Of a stretch of 64,000 nucleotides of DNA, positions 12,126 through 28,090 are shown piece after piece. The notes under the pieces are model-generated. The model had not been told where the DNA came from. It saw only the letters and a program-made list of their open reading frames with translations, and ran no database searches. The stretch covers positions 472,293 through 536,292 of the forward strand of contig NIVC01000121.1 in NCBI GenBank assembly GCA_002269645.1, given 5' to 3'. Source of the stretch: Macrostomum lignano (lineage: Eukaryota). The position numbers were made by a program, and so were the translations under genes. The stretch's first letter is position 1. Every line of letters begins with the position of its first letter.

Positions 12126-13572
12126 ATGCCAATCTCCAAAAGAATCGGTTCTCAGCTTCTGGGCTTCATCACAGCTATCGTTTCTTCTGCTCTGGTGAGC
12201 AGCGCGGCCAGATTCGAGCTGCAGCTCGGTGCCGCAGTCAACCGAACTCTCCCAGTCGCGTTTGAAGTCGCGCACAGCTTCAACCAGCGTCACTGCTCTC
12301 AGCTGTGCTCACAAATAGCCGAGTGCTTCGGATTCTACCAGATGAAAAAAGGAAAATTGTGCGGCCTGTTTAACGCTTCTCAATTCTACCGGAAGAACTT
12401 GTGGACAAGTTCGGAGACACCGCTTGACATATTTGTGATTGACGCTTGTAAGTCCTTGTTATTCAACTCTATTGAACTTTTATAATCTTAAAAACACGCA
12501 CTTTGTCTTTAAGCGCGATTCTCCGACCGAGATTCTCCCACCGAAATTCTCCTGCCGAGATTCTCCCATCGAAATTCTCCCATCGAGATTCTCCCATCGA
12601 GATTCTCTCACAACGATTATCCCCTCGAAATTCATCCATTGAGATTCTCCCACAAAGATTATCCCATCGTGATTCTTCCACCGAGATTCTCCCATCGAGA
12701 TTCTCCCAAAAAGATTATCCCCTTGAGATTCTCCCAAAAAGATTATCCCATCGAGATTCTCCCAAAAAGACAATCCCACCGAGATTCTCCCACCGATATT
12801 CTCCCACCGAGATTCTCCCACCGAAAATCTCCCATTAAGATTCTCTCACCAAGAACAACCCTCCTGCAGGAAACCCTCCTGTGGGAAACTCTGGTTCTCC
12901 CGAATCAGTGTTTGGAGTAACATCCTTAGCTCATTAGAGTACAATCAATACTTACTTTAGCATGTGTTTGATTCAAAAGCTATTAGAATACCAGATAGGA
13001 AAGTAAACGAATATTCTCGCCGGTGAGGGGGGGTCTGTAGCTTGAGCAGCAGTGTATCTGACAAAACGCTCGTAAAAGTTTATTAGTTTTATGAAGTTTT
13101 ATAATTAAATGATTTTGCCCACTTTAAACGCAAGATGCTGCTGTATTCTACATTTGCAGACAGCAGCTCGAAGACACAGAAGCTGAGCATATCAGGCTGC
13201 TCTCAGAGTTCAGTCGGTAGCGAGGGCGTCTGCACCAGAGCCATCGACGGCAACAAGAACCCAATGTTTCACGATGGTTCATGCAGTCATACTGACACAA
13301 TCCCGAACCAGTGGTGGGAAGCCCAGCTTTTCCGACAGTCCATTGTTTCCCACGTAGTCATCTACAACAGACAGGATTGCTGCTCAGAGCGGTTGAACAA
13401 CTTTGAGCTGCTTGTGGACGGCGTTCAGTGCCGCAGCGTCAGCGTGTCGGTGCCGTTCTCTGTTGGCAACTTCACCTGCCAGATGGCCGGATCCAGGATT
13501 CGAGTCCAGAGTCGCCGTAGCAATGTTGTCACGCTGTGCGAGTTCGAGGCATACGGGATTTACTTCCCTTGA
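12126..13572 (+). CDS. Secreted PAN/apple + F-type lectin (fucolectin/FTP) protein, copy 1 (244 aa)
   Basis: Exons 12126-12447 (signal peptide; C-x3-C-x5-C-FGFY...C-x-LF PAN core; T|GTAAGT) and 13160-13572 (TTGCAG|). The join is phase 1 and in frame. Canonical motif H-x26-R-x-D-x4-R (SHT...NRQDCCSER); C-terminal TLCEFEAYG. Confidence 0.9.
12515..12870. repeat. Degenerate GAGATTCTCCC-based tandem repeat in the intron of lectin copy 1
   Basis: GAGATTCTCCC/GATTATCCC recurs with short variable spacers. Confidence 0.85.
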
Positions 13573-13749
13573 CTGGTTGAGTGATTCGGTGAGTGTGTTC
13601 AGTGGTGACGTCCTGTTTAATAGATAAAATTGAATTGTTGCATTAAAAAAGCAAAAAATTGCAAGAATTTAAAATAAAACGGATAATACATGAGTATAAT
13701 TTTAGCGATTGACTGTACGTACAGAGGCAACATTATGTACATCAGATCT

Positions 13750-13980
13750 CCAAGGACTACTCAAGTAACATAGGACGCAACACTTGAAATCTATGGTAAA
13801 TGTTTTGAAGGCAACTTTTCGCGAAAAATTACACTACAGAGATAGAAGGTTTTAATTTTTTTCAGCACAAAAATTGTTATTTCTTTTGATAGGAGGCAGA
13901 TCCAGTGTTCATCTTTTGATATGTTGTGCCTTTCTTATTGCTCTATCGATATTCATAAAGCTTTTTGTTCAGAAATAGTT
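13750..13980. mobile_element. One arm of a long-TIR MITE family (also at 27033-27270; complete copy at 56712-57260)
   Basis: Shares TTTTGATAGGAGGCAGATCCAGTGTTCATCTTTTGATATG and its flanks with the other copies. Confidence 0.75.
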
Positions 13981-14390
13981 TTTAATGCAGGTTTCAACGG
14001 GAAAATACACTACGGAGATAGGAAATTTCACGATTTTCAACACTAAAACAGTGATTGGGTCTCTTAACAGTGTCAGAGAAAATTCTAATCACACTTATTT
14101 TGTGCCTCACATGCTGCTCTAACGATGCATTTAATCGATTTTTCATGTTAAATTGGTCTGTCACTTGAAAAAAACGTTTAAAATAACGACAAGATTCAAT
14201 ATGTTCAATATTGACTTCTCTGAGATCAGGACACTTAGAGACACTTAATATCCATAATATTTTATCTAAGTACTTGTACGCTGATACCAATGAAAATAAA
14301 ATGTGTTTTCTGAAATCATCAAATATACTCGTATGTTATAGCTTCAAGTTGTCAGTAGTTTAAAGCTTTCACGGGTGTCACTTTTTTATA

Positions 14391-14738
14391 AGAGACAGGG
14401 CCTGTGTGCACCCTGGCGCACTTTAAGCGACATTGTCACACAACCGGCGAGAGGCATTACTACCCATTCCGGAGACTCCTCTGAGCAGGCACATAAGCGC
14501 GCGGATACGTAAGCAGTCATACGCACAGGCACACGCTCACACAGGAGAGTACAGCGTCCCTAACTTTATTTATTGTTAGGCATGTACACTTCACTGTGCC
14601 TTGGGGGTTGGCCCTCAAAGCCGTTAATTGCACGAGCAGAGCCAAGCCGAGATTCCAATTCAGCCCCAAATTAATGTGACTGCACTTGGAGCTGGCGCAC
14701 CAGAGCGCCGCGCGCCAGACAACTGGGCTACGGGCCTC
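14391..14738 (-). mobile_element. tRNA-derived SINE, family A
   Basis: About 350 bp, homologous to 30566-30912 and to 35710-35850 + 36358-36566. The minus-strand head carries an A-box-like TAGCCCAGTTG. B-box-like sequence is clearer in the 36.5 kb copy (GGCTCGACTCC). Confidence 0.7.
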
Positions 14739-15703
14739 TTTCACGGTGTCACAATTATTGAATATTAGGAATGCAGAGCAAATCTTCACATGCCTACATT
14801 ATTATTTTCTTACTATTAACTAATTATTAACTAACTAATAATAATACGACGTAACATTGCAAGTATACTTGAAGTTTAGGGCGAGGCTTCACATCATCTC
14901 AAATCCGCGGTCGCATGTACCCTAATTGACGCACCCTAATACGTCTTTTATCAAAATCAACCAGATGGTAATAACAACAATACGTCATGTCATATTAAAA
15001 AAACGAGATCAATAAACGAGATTATTTTTAACATTAAGGCTCCAAAGATTTGGAAAAAAAAACTAAACTCAAGAATTCGACGAATATATTGAATTCTTTA
15101 AAACTAAAATTCGCAAGCAAAGTAATTCTGAGCCCACATCGCGTCCGAAATTCGTGGTTTCTGCAGAAAAAAAGTGATTCTCATCCAGCTGATTAAACAA
15201 AAAAATGTGATCAGATAAAGAGACAAGCGTGGAGTACTGCAACACATTGAGCAATATTTCCAAGTGGAATGTCTGGCGCACCGAATTTTGATACGAGCTA
15301 TCAAATATAGTTCAGCGTTCGAATCTAGAGATGTATAAGAGCCACCTGCTGTACTACCAGTAAAATTAGACTACTGATACCACCTGTGCCACTGGAAACA
15401 CTTTTGTCAACAAAGATTTCTTTAAGAATGACGTCTCCACAGCAGGCTTTAATTTTTTTAGAAATGTCTTCTTTTTTACTTTTCAGCGCGGATAATAAAG
15501 CGGACTGTGCAACCTCGGTCGGATCTGAAAATTAATAAATAAAATCTCGTCAAAAAGTATTTCTGGTGCAGTTGACACAAAATAAATATGTTTTCAACGT
15601 ACTAGCGTTAAAGTTGTTACATCTGTAGACCTAGCTTGGTAAGTCACAGCGTTCGCATCAAGCGTCGCTGGATGTTTCTACGTCAAAAACTTCTGCAACT
15701 CAC

Positions 15704-20217
<4,514 letters not shown>

Positions 20218-20370
20218 TTGCTGCGGTTTTGAAGTTGCTCTTGAAACTTGTATTTGCACGTATAAAATGTATTTGAACTACTTTAATTTTGCAGAATGTA
20301 TCTGCAGATGCGCAGTGTCTATGGTAGAAATATATGCACTGTATATTACAAATGAAAACAATTACCGAAG

Positions 20371-20560
20371 CAAGGAGTTCTACAATTAGCAATCTGGAGC
20401 GGAAACGAGTTTTACCTCATGAGGCCACGCCAATTGTAAAGAATAAGGAGCCAGCACTGAATGTCTATGGCTCTGTCTGACTGTCTATGCTAGTCTGGCC
20501 TCATGAGGTAAAAGTGAAAAACTCGTTTCCACTCCAGGTTGCTAATTATAGAACTCCTTG
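20371..20560. mobile_element. 190-bp MITE-like inverted repeat just upstream of the CAP gene
   Basis: CAAGGAGTTCTACAATTAGCAATCTGGAGCGGAAACGAGTTTTACCTCATGAGGCCA is mirrored by TGGCCTCATGAGGTAAAA...AACTCGTTTCCACTCCAGGTTGCTAATTATAGAACTCCTTG. Confidence 0.75.
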
Positions 20561-21332
20561 GACGGATAAAAGAAAGAAAGAAAGAAAGAAAGAAAGCCAG
20601 GTCAAGGACTACTTAGTCACTCAGGACGGGAGTCTTTCACACAAATTGTTCTATGGCCAAGCCTATCTGAAGAGGATTTCAGTCACTTTGTCTGTCAGGA
20701 ATAATACAAAGCTACTAGTTGTTAATCTACTTTGTTAAAATAGTTCCAGCATTTTCCTATGTCTGTTTGTTTGTTAGATTATGGCTAAATTTGATTGAAT
20801 TTGGCTCATACTACTGAACGAATAGTAGTTTTACTGAATATAGTTGAGCGAACCATATAGTACATTTCCACCCCGATCTGTATGCCTGATCACCATCCCT
20901 CCCTATTCCTCCCTACAGTTGTAGTTTTGTTTCGTTTAAGTCGATCAAGCAACCACAAGAACTTAACCATGCAACCAAGCAGCAAAACAATATGTCCGTG
21001 AAATGCTGTAGGATTTGTATTTTAGTTAAAAACAATCCTGCTTACCCTGGTTAAAAACTGGGGGGGGGGGGGCTGGCCCTTAATGGCCCCTAGAGTACCC
21101 CTACGGAATCCAGTGAAAACCCTAGCTATAGGCCCTAGCCAGCCACTAAGTGTATCCCCTAGGGGCCCCCTAGGTTATTTTCAAGTGGGTGGATGTACAG
21201 CGACCCCGACTTTCTAATCGACCGGCATGTACACCCTCTGTGCCTTGGGGGTCGGTCCTCGTGGCTGTGAATCGCATGACATACCCACGGTCAATTTTCA
21301 TGCACGAGCCGCTCACCAGGGGTCGTGGGGCG

Positions 21333-22757
21333 GTGGTTCAATTGGTTCCATGGTTCAATTGGTCCCATGGTTCAATTGGTTCCATGGTTCAATAGGTTCC
21401 ATGGTTCAATTGGTCCCATGGTTCAATTGGTTCCATGGTTCAATAGGTTCCATGGTTCAATTGGTTCCATGGTTCAATAGGTTCCATGGTTCAATTGGTT
21501 CCATGGTTCAATTGGTTTCATGGTTCAATTGGTTCCATGGTTCAATTGGTTTCATGGTTCAATTGGTTTCATGGTTCAATTGGTTCAATTGGTTCCATGG
21601 TTCAATAGGTTCCATGGTTCAATTGGTTCTATGGTTCAATAGGTTCCATGGTTCAATAGGTTCCATGGTTCAATTGGTTTCATGGTTCAATCGGTTCCAT
21701 GGTTCAATTGGTCCCATGGTTCAATTGGTTCCATGGTTCAATTGGTTTCATGGTTCAATTGGTTTCATGGTTCAATTGGTTCAATCGGTTCCATGGTTCA
21801 ATTGGTTCCATTGGTTCAATTGGTTCCATGGTTCAATTGGTTTCATGGTTCAATTGGTTCAATTGGTTCCATGGTTCAATTGGTTTCATGGTTCAATTGG
21901 TTCCATGGTTCAATAGGTTCCATGGTTCAATTGGTTCCATGGTTCAATAGGTTCCATGGTTCAATAGGTTCCATGGTTCAATTGGTTTCATGGTTCAATT
22001 GGTTCAATTGGTTCAATTGGTTCCATGGTTCAATAGGTTCCATGGTTCAATTGGTTCCATGGTTCAATAGGTTCCATGGTTCAATAGGTTCCATGGTTCA
22101 ATTGGTTTCATGGTTCAATTGGTTCAATTGGTTCAACTGGTTCAATTGGTTCAATTGGTTCAATTGGTTCCATGGTTCAATAGGTTCCATGGTTCAATTG
22201 GTTCCATGGTTCAATAGGTTCCATGGTTCAATTGGTTCCATGGTTCAATTGGTTCAATTGGTTCAATTGGTTCAATTGGTTCCATGGTTCAATTGTTTCC
22301 ATGGTTCATTGGTTCCATGGTTCAATTGTTTCCATGGTTCAATTGGTTCCATGGTTCAATTGGTTCCATGGTTCAATTGGTTCCATGGTTCTATTGGTTC
22401 CATAGTTTTATTGGTTCCATAGTTCTATTGGTTCCATAGTTTTATTGGTTCCATGGTTCAATTGGTTCCATAGTTCTATTGGTTCCATAGTTTTATTGGT
22501 TCCATGGTTCAATTGGTTCCATAGTTCTATTGGTTCCATGGTTCAATTGGTTCTATGGTTCAATCGGTTCCATGGTTCAATTGGTTCCATGGTTCTATTG
22601 GTTCCATGGTTCTATTGTTTCCATGGTTTTATTGGTTCCATGGTTCAATCGGTTCCATGGTTCTATTGTTTCCATGGTTTTATTGGTTCCATGGTTCTAT
22701 TGGTTCCATGGTTCTATTGGTTCCATGGTTCTATTGGTTCCATGGTTCCATTAGTCC
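21333..22757. repeat. Satellite of mixed 9-bp (GGTTCAATT) and 8-bp (GGTTCCAT) monomers
   Basis: Direct reading. Monomer variants shift along the array (GGTTCTATT and GGTTTTATT appear after about 22390). Confidence 0.97.
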
Positions 22758-24720
22758 CATATAGTATTCGGAGCAAAAATTTAACTATATAAATCACAAC
22801 CATCAGTTGACCAGCAGTTGAGGCTTGCCCACTGTCGAGGCTTGATCGGCGAAACTAGAGAAATTCGCATCAGGGTGTTCATAGTCACCTGGTGCCACCT
22901 GTTGAACGTCCAGAAACTCCGCCTGGGTGAGGGCTAGTGACCAACAAGGTCAGAGCTGATGCAGACACATGTGATCGACGTGCTGATGAAATTTGGAGAC
23001 TTGGCAAGGCTGCAGTGAGGCGCAGTGCTGATTGGCGCACAGGGGTGTACTGAATACACTGGCGCTTATGGGAAAAATCCGACCTTCTGGCAGAATCGTC
23101 GAATATCTCGACGGTCCGGAGGGCTGGCGACTTGATTCTTGTTTGAGAAGGTGCACAACAAGAAGTTAGCCCGTGTTCTTGAATTTCGTGTGCCTGCGTT
23201 GCTCCGTTCCGGCGCAGCAAAAAAATTGTCAGTGGGGGGGGGGAATTTTTCCCCTCTTGGTAGTTCTACTGTCAATCTTCGCGCGACATGTTTCGCCGAA
23301 CAATCGGCATCTTCAGGCAATAATATAGATGCAGAGAGATGGAAAATTTTTAAAGTCTAGTAAGCCAAAATGATGCAAGAATGGGTAGCAGAGTTAGATG
23401 ACCCTAAATAAGAGGCAAGCGCATGGGGAGTTTAGAAATTATATTAGATGAAGAAACGACCTTCTTGATAGCTTAAAGAAGCTTGACTAAAATATACGCT
23501 CGCACGAGCGAAGTTCCCTTTTTCGCATTGGAAAGCTTTTGAAAAGTTCCCAAGAAGCTTTGCTTTTGTGAAAAAAATAGCGCTTTTTGCTATAAGCATG
23601 CAAACTTCACAGACCTTTCTCGAATTTAGACAAATCATTTCACTTCCTAAAAGCTTATATCCAATATTAATATTTATATTCACTACTCGTTAGGCGGTTG
23701 CCAATTTACTCTAATTTACTTTGTAGAACCTGATCTGGAAACTGCAGTTGACACCCACGCAGCTTTATTAAAAAATGTAGAAACTATAAAGTTTTCTGTT
23801 TGCTAGACTTATTTGTTCCGTATCTAAACTAAACCTGGATTACGCTTCATTGTTTGAACGAATTTCAGATCCGGTAGCTAGTGAAACTCAAATAAGAAAT
23901 CAACATGTAGCATATACGCTCTTACTTTACCTGTGGGAGTTTGCATCCGGCATATAGGTTTGGTACGACATGTTAACATTTATATCATTGTAACTGCAAA
24001 CTCTGATATCAAACACCAAACAAATTTTTATTATGGACCCTGCATAATGGAGAATCTATCTCATATTGAAGATAAAATTAGCCTGTAAGAGTTCGTATAG
24101 TTCCGTTTTCTGACTAAGTCGATGTTATAACATTGATTCGTTGCCTGATCGACACTGGGACCTTTTGGGATTCTGTGGCAGATGGGGAGAAATGACTGAG
24201 ATGTCAAGGCTTATTAGAGGATTGCTGAAATGCTGTGGCTCATATGAGGCCGCTGAGAATTGTGAGTTGTTGGTAGGTCAAGCATCAAAAGGGGGGTTAG
24301 GATTCAGCCATGACTTAAAGAGGGTGGGTGATGCTTTTTTGCTTGAAACATCATTTTCCCTTAAATTACTTACAACTGCGACTGTACAAGATCAAAACCT
24401 GCATGTAGTTTATTCAAGCATTCTTTTTTATTTTTTTATTTCACATTTCTTTTCGACTTGAGTTTTCAAGAAATCACAGACTATACTGAAATGTTATTAC
24501 GAGTCTTTTTACTGTAGCTACTGGTTTTGTTTCAATTGACTGAAATTCTCGGTCGATTTTCGATAGCCAAGAGCATTTTGCCTTTACTATTCTTTGCTAT
24601 TTTTTCAAGTCAATTAAATAATGTGTTAGGTACAGCAGCAAACACTGAATCCACATTAATTATCATGGGTGCGAAGCTACCTTGGTATCTTAAATATATA
24701 ATACATAAAGATTTTTGCAG

Positions 24721-24920
24721 CTTGGTGGGTGCCCCTGTCTCTTGGAGGGTGCCCCTGTCTCTTGGAGGGTGCCCCTGTCTCTTGGTGGGCGCCCCTGTCT
24801 CTTGGTGGGCGCCCCTGTCTCTTGGAGGGTGCCCCTGTCTCTTGGTGGGTGCCCCTGTCTCTTGGTGGGTGCCCCTGTCTCTTGGTGGGTGCCCCTGCCT
24901 CTTGGTGGCCGCCCCTGTCC
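24721..24920. repeat. 20-bp minisatellite (CTTGGTGGGTGCCCCTGTCT), 10 copies
   Basis: Exact 20-nt register in the listing. Confidence 0.97.
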
Positions 24921-25385
24921 TTGATGGCCGCCTCTTGCTGCACACCCTTCAACACTGCCACGTACAAGTTTGCAAACGTTGAGCTCGTGCCATTTATCAA
25001 GTTTGGCTGTCTTTTTCATTTTGTTGCTGAAGCAAATTTTTGTGGGCGATTAAAGGGGGTGGCCTGACCAAAAAACAAAATGCTAACTGTTTAGTTCCCA
25101 TTGATCAGACTTGAAACCTTCTAAGTTGAATTTAAAAGATAAACTTTAGAAGCAACATAGAAACAGAAAAGTTTTTCTCAGAAAAATTATACTTTTTACA
25201 GCAGGAAATATTTCCATTATAAGTTATCCTCTAGAAAAATGTTCATCAAGACAGTAGGGCTAAAGAATTCGGAAAAATATTTATAGCTGACGTCTATTAC
25301 TTAGAAATAGGTAAATTAAAACTAACTTAAGTGCCCTCTCTATAATATCATTTCCCTCGTCACTCACTAGTACACACTCAAACAG

Positions 25386-26408
25386 TCAAGGAAGGTAATT
25401 CCCGTATGCCTCGAACTCGCACAGCGTGAGAGAGTTGCTATGACGACTCTGGACTCGAATGCTGGATCCGGCCATCTGGCAGGTGAAGTTGCCAACAAAG
25501 AACGGCACCGACACGTTGACGCTGCGGCATTGGACGCCGTCCACAAGCAGCTCAAAGTTGTTCAACCGCTCTGCACAGCAATCCTGTCTGTTGTAGATGA
25601 CTACGTGAGAAACAATGGACTGCCGCAGAAGCTGGGCCTCCCACCACTGGTTCGGGATTCTTTTAGTATGACTGCATGAACCATCGTGATACAATTGGCT
25701 CGTGTTGTTATCGATGGCTCTGGTGCAGACGCCGCCGTGATTTAGAGAACTCTGAGTGCAGTTTGTCCAGCTCAGCTTCTTTTTGTCAGCAAAAGGCAAG
25801 ACATTCAGTGTTTAGAGAGCAAGATAGCACGTGAGCCTGCAAATCTAACATGTCTTGACATGTCTGTCTAGTGAACAAGGGAGATACTTAAGCAGAAGCA
25901 CAGCTAGTACAGCAGAAAGTGTATATACACGCAATTCGTTGAGGTATTTATTTACACACTATTTATTTATTTATTTATTTATTATTTACAATTGACTAGT
26001 TGGACTTTTCGACTGTTGAGCTGTAAGTAAAGAGCACACACTAGCAATGCTTTACAAGTGAGAACAAGCTGACTTACCGAAATCAATCACAAAGATGTCA
26101 AACTGCTGCTCCGATCCGTCGGCTGTCCACGAGCTCTTCCAGTAGAAGGCGGTCGCGTTGAACAGTCCGCAGGGTCCCGCCTTGTTCTGCATCGAGTAGA
26201 ATCCGAAGCACTCGGCTATTTGTGAGCACAGCTGAGAGCAGTGACGCTGGTCGAAGCTGTGCGCGACTTCAAACGCGACTGGGTGAGTTCGGTTGACTGC
26301 GGCACCGAGCTGCAGCTCGAATCTGGCCGCGCTGCTCATCAGAGAAGAAGAAACGATAGCTGTGATGAGGCTCAGAAGCTGAGCAGCAGCTCTCAATGAA
26401 GACTGCAT
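25386..26408 (-). CDS. PAN + F-type lectin copy 2; splice acceptor mutated (TG instead of AG), possible pseudogene
   Basis: PAN exon 26408-26078 (G|GTAAGT). FTP exon 25786-25386 has an intact H-x26-RQDCCAER motif, but it is preceded by CCTTTTGCTG where paralogues have TTTTTGCAG or TTTTACAG. Confidence 0.8.
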
Positions 26409-26521
26409 TTCCTACACAGTGATATACGAGGCATGCAGCTTAGCCACGTAGGCGCGCGTAGGTTTGCATCCGGCAGTTTTATACATTCTGATGTATTTGC
26501 AGACCTTTTTTTCAAAGTTTT

Positions 26522-26535
26522 TTTACCATAGCAAC
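26522..26535 (-). promoter_or_regulatory. RFX X-box-like motif upstream of lectin copy 2
   Basis: GTTGCTATGGTAAA on the minus strand, 1 mismatch to consensus, 114 bp before the ATG. Confidence 0.55.
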
Positions 26536-26897
26536 GGTATGCGGTAGCAGGCAGGCTGAGAGGGAAAACTGTTCCGGAGTTTTGATTGGCGCCACCTTTG
26601 AAAGCCAAACCTTCCAACACCAATACTGGTAGATTCTGTTGGGGAACAAGTTTCCTCTGCTTATGCTTTTGCAAGTAGAGCTGATGGGTTTGCTTGAGGA
26701 AATTGGATATGCTGTGTTGTAAATCAAGTGCGACACCCGAGAATTTCATAACGTAACCATTGCTCAGTGACTAACTCTGAAGGTCTCACCCTATCCTGTG
26801 CAAGCAAACAGGGCAGGCAGCGATTGCTGCTAAAATATCTCAGTAGTTTTTGTTAGTAAAAGATATTTCTACAGATTTTGTATTAATAATACGCTCG

Positions 26898-27028
26898 TAA
26901 TAATGTTAATAGTATTAACAATAATAATGTTAATAGTATTAACAATAATAATGTTAATAGTATTAACAATAATAATGTTAATAGTATTAACAATAATAAT
27001 GTTAATAGTATTAACAATAATAATAATA
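26898..27028. repeat. 24-bp AT-rich repeat with an internal palindrome (TGTTAATA-G-TATTAACA), 5 copies
   Basis: TGTTAAT at 26904, 26928, 26952, 26976 and 27000. Confidence 0.92.
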
Positions 27029-27032
27029 CTCA

Positions 27033-27270
27033 CAAGGACTACTCAAGTAACATATATATAGGACGCTACACTCGAAATCTATGGTAAATGTTTTGAAGGC
27101 AACTTTTCGCCGAAAAATACACTTTGACAGAGGTAGAAGGTTTTAATTTTTTCAGTACAAAAATTGTTATTGCTTTTGATAGGAGGCAGATCCAGTGTTC
27201 ATCTTTTGATATGTTGGGCCTTTCTTATGGTTCTATCGATATTCATAAAGCTTTTTGTTCAGAAATAGTT
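27033..27270. mobile_element. Arm of the long-TIR MITE family (homologous to 13750-13980)
   Basis: Near-identical sequence starting CAAGGACTACTCAAGTAACATA. Confidence 0.75.
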
Positions 27271-27399
27271 TTATTGGCCTAAATTGGTCTTATTGAAAAA
27301 AAACGTTTAAAATAATGGATATTATTAGGATGAATGTCCTTGAATATTCATATAAGTATAATTGATTACACCAGCCCTAATAGGCAAATGTGCAACCGA

Positions 27400-27625
27400 C
27401 AGCTCAGCCGCAGCTATTGTGCGGCGCATCTGAAGGCTCCAATGACTGGGGGTCGCCACACACAGCCTCAATTACCCCAGCTAATACTGGCATCCATTTT
27501 ACAGCTGGGTGAACTGAAGCAATGCAGAGTTAAGTATCTTGCTCAAGGACACAAATTGTTCTGAGTGGGTCGGGAATCGAACCCACGACTTTCAAGTCAA
27601 GAGTTTAGCCAACCACTCGGCTACA
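27400..27625 (-). mobile_element. tRNA-derived SINE, family B
   Basis: On the minus strand: A box TAGCCGAGTGG and B box GGTTCGATTCC, then TGTGTCCTTGAGCAAGATACTTAACTCTGCATTGCTTCAG, a central block of the kind seen in invertebrate SINEs. Second copy at 34902-35135. Confidence 0.8.
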
Positions 27626-27742
27626 ACCCCTAAAAATTACAAATTTAATTCTACCGAGATCTAGGTTGAGAATCGCCTAAAGTCTCATGCAGACTCTTGA
27701 TGCCCCATTAGTTACACAAGCTTCTAAACGCAGGATCTGCAC

Positions 27743-28090
27743 TCAAGCCATCAAAGTTGCCCAAAGAAAGCCGGCTGTTATTGGGCTTTGCAGCGATGTT
27801 CGGACACAAAAATCCAGATGGAATGCTGAGAAATGGGCTGCGGCAGGATATGTGAGCAAATGATGGCTGCTCTGGTCTCTGGAGTATGGTAGAATAGAGA
27901 CTGGTTGATGATCGATGCCGTACGCTTTCGGGAGTTCCTTGACCTTTTGGAACTCTGGTGAGTCAAACTGGAGTCCACCGTCATTGGTGATCACTCTTGA
28001 GATGCTCCAGCGACTGAACGGCGCTTTGAGGGTCTTGAAAAAGACACCGAGAATGAGCTGCATGCCTTTTGCGGGCACTCAGCATATAGC
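27743..28090 (-). mobile_element. Degraded LTR-retrotransposon integrase (rve) fragment
   Basis: FSRWSISRVITNDGGLQFDSPEFQK...YGIDH resembles the F.R.G.P..I.TDNG.QF.S.EF...GI.H integrase core. Confidence 0.6.

Noticed and set aside
21189-22792. MVQLVPWFNWFHGSIGS repeat ORFs
   Set aside because: Satellite translation; the frame changes with 8/9-bp monomer order.
24141-25067. Possible unknown multi-exon gene around the 20-bp repeat
   Set aside because: Open stretches exist, but I could not assemble a consistent splice path or recognise a domain.
27560-27625. tRNA genes (also 34902-34965 and 36490-36566)
   Set aside because: A and B boxes are present but no complete cloverleaf, and each continues into a shared repeat body, so they are SINE heads.
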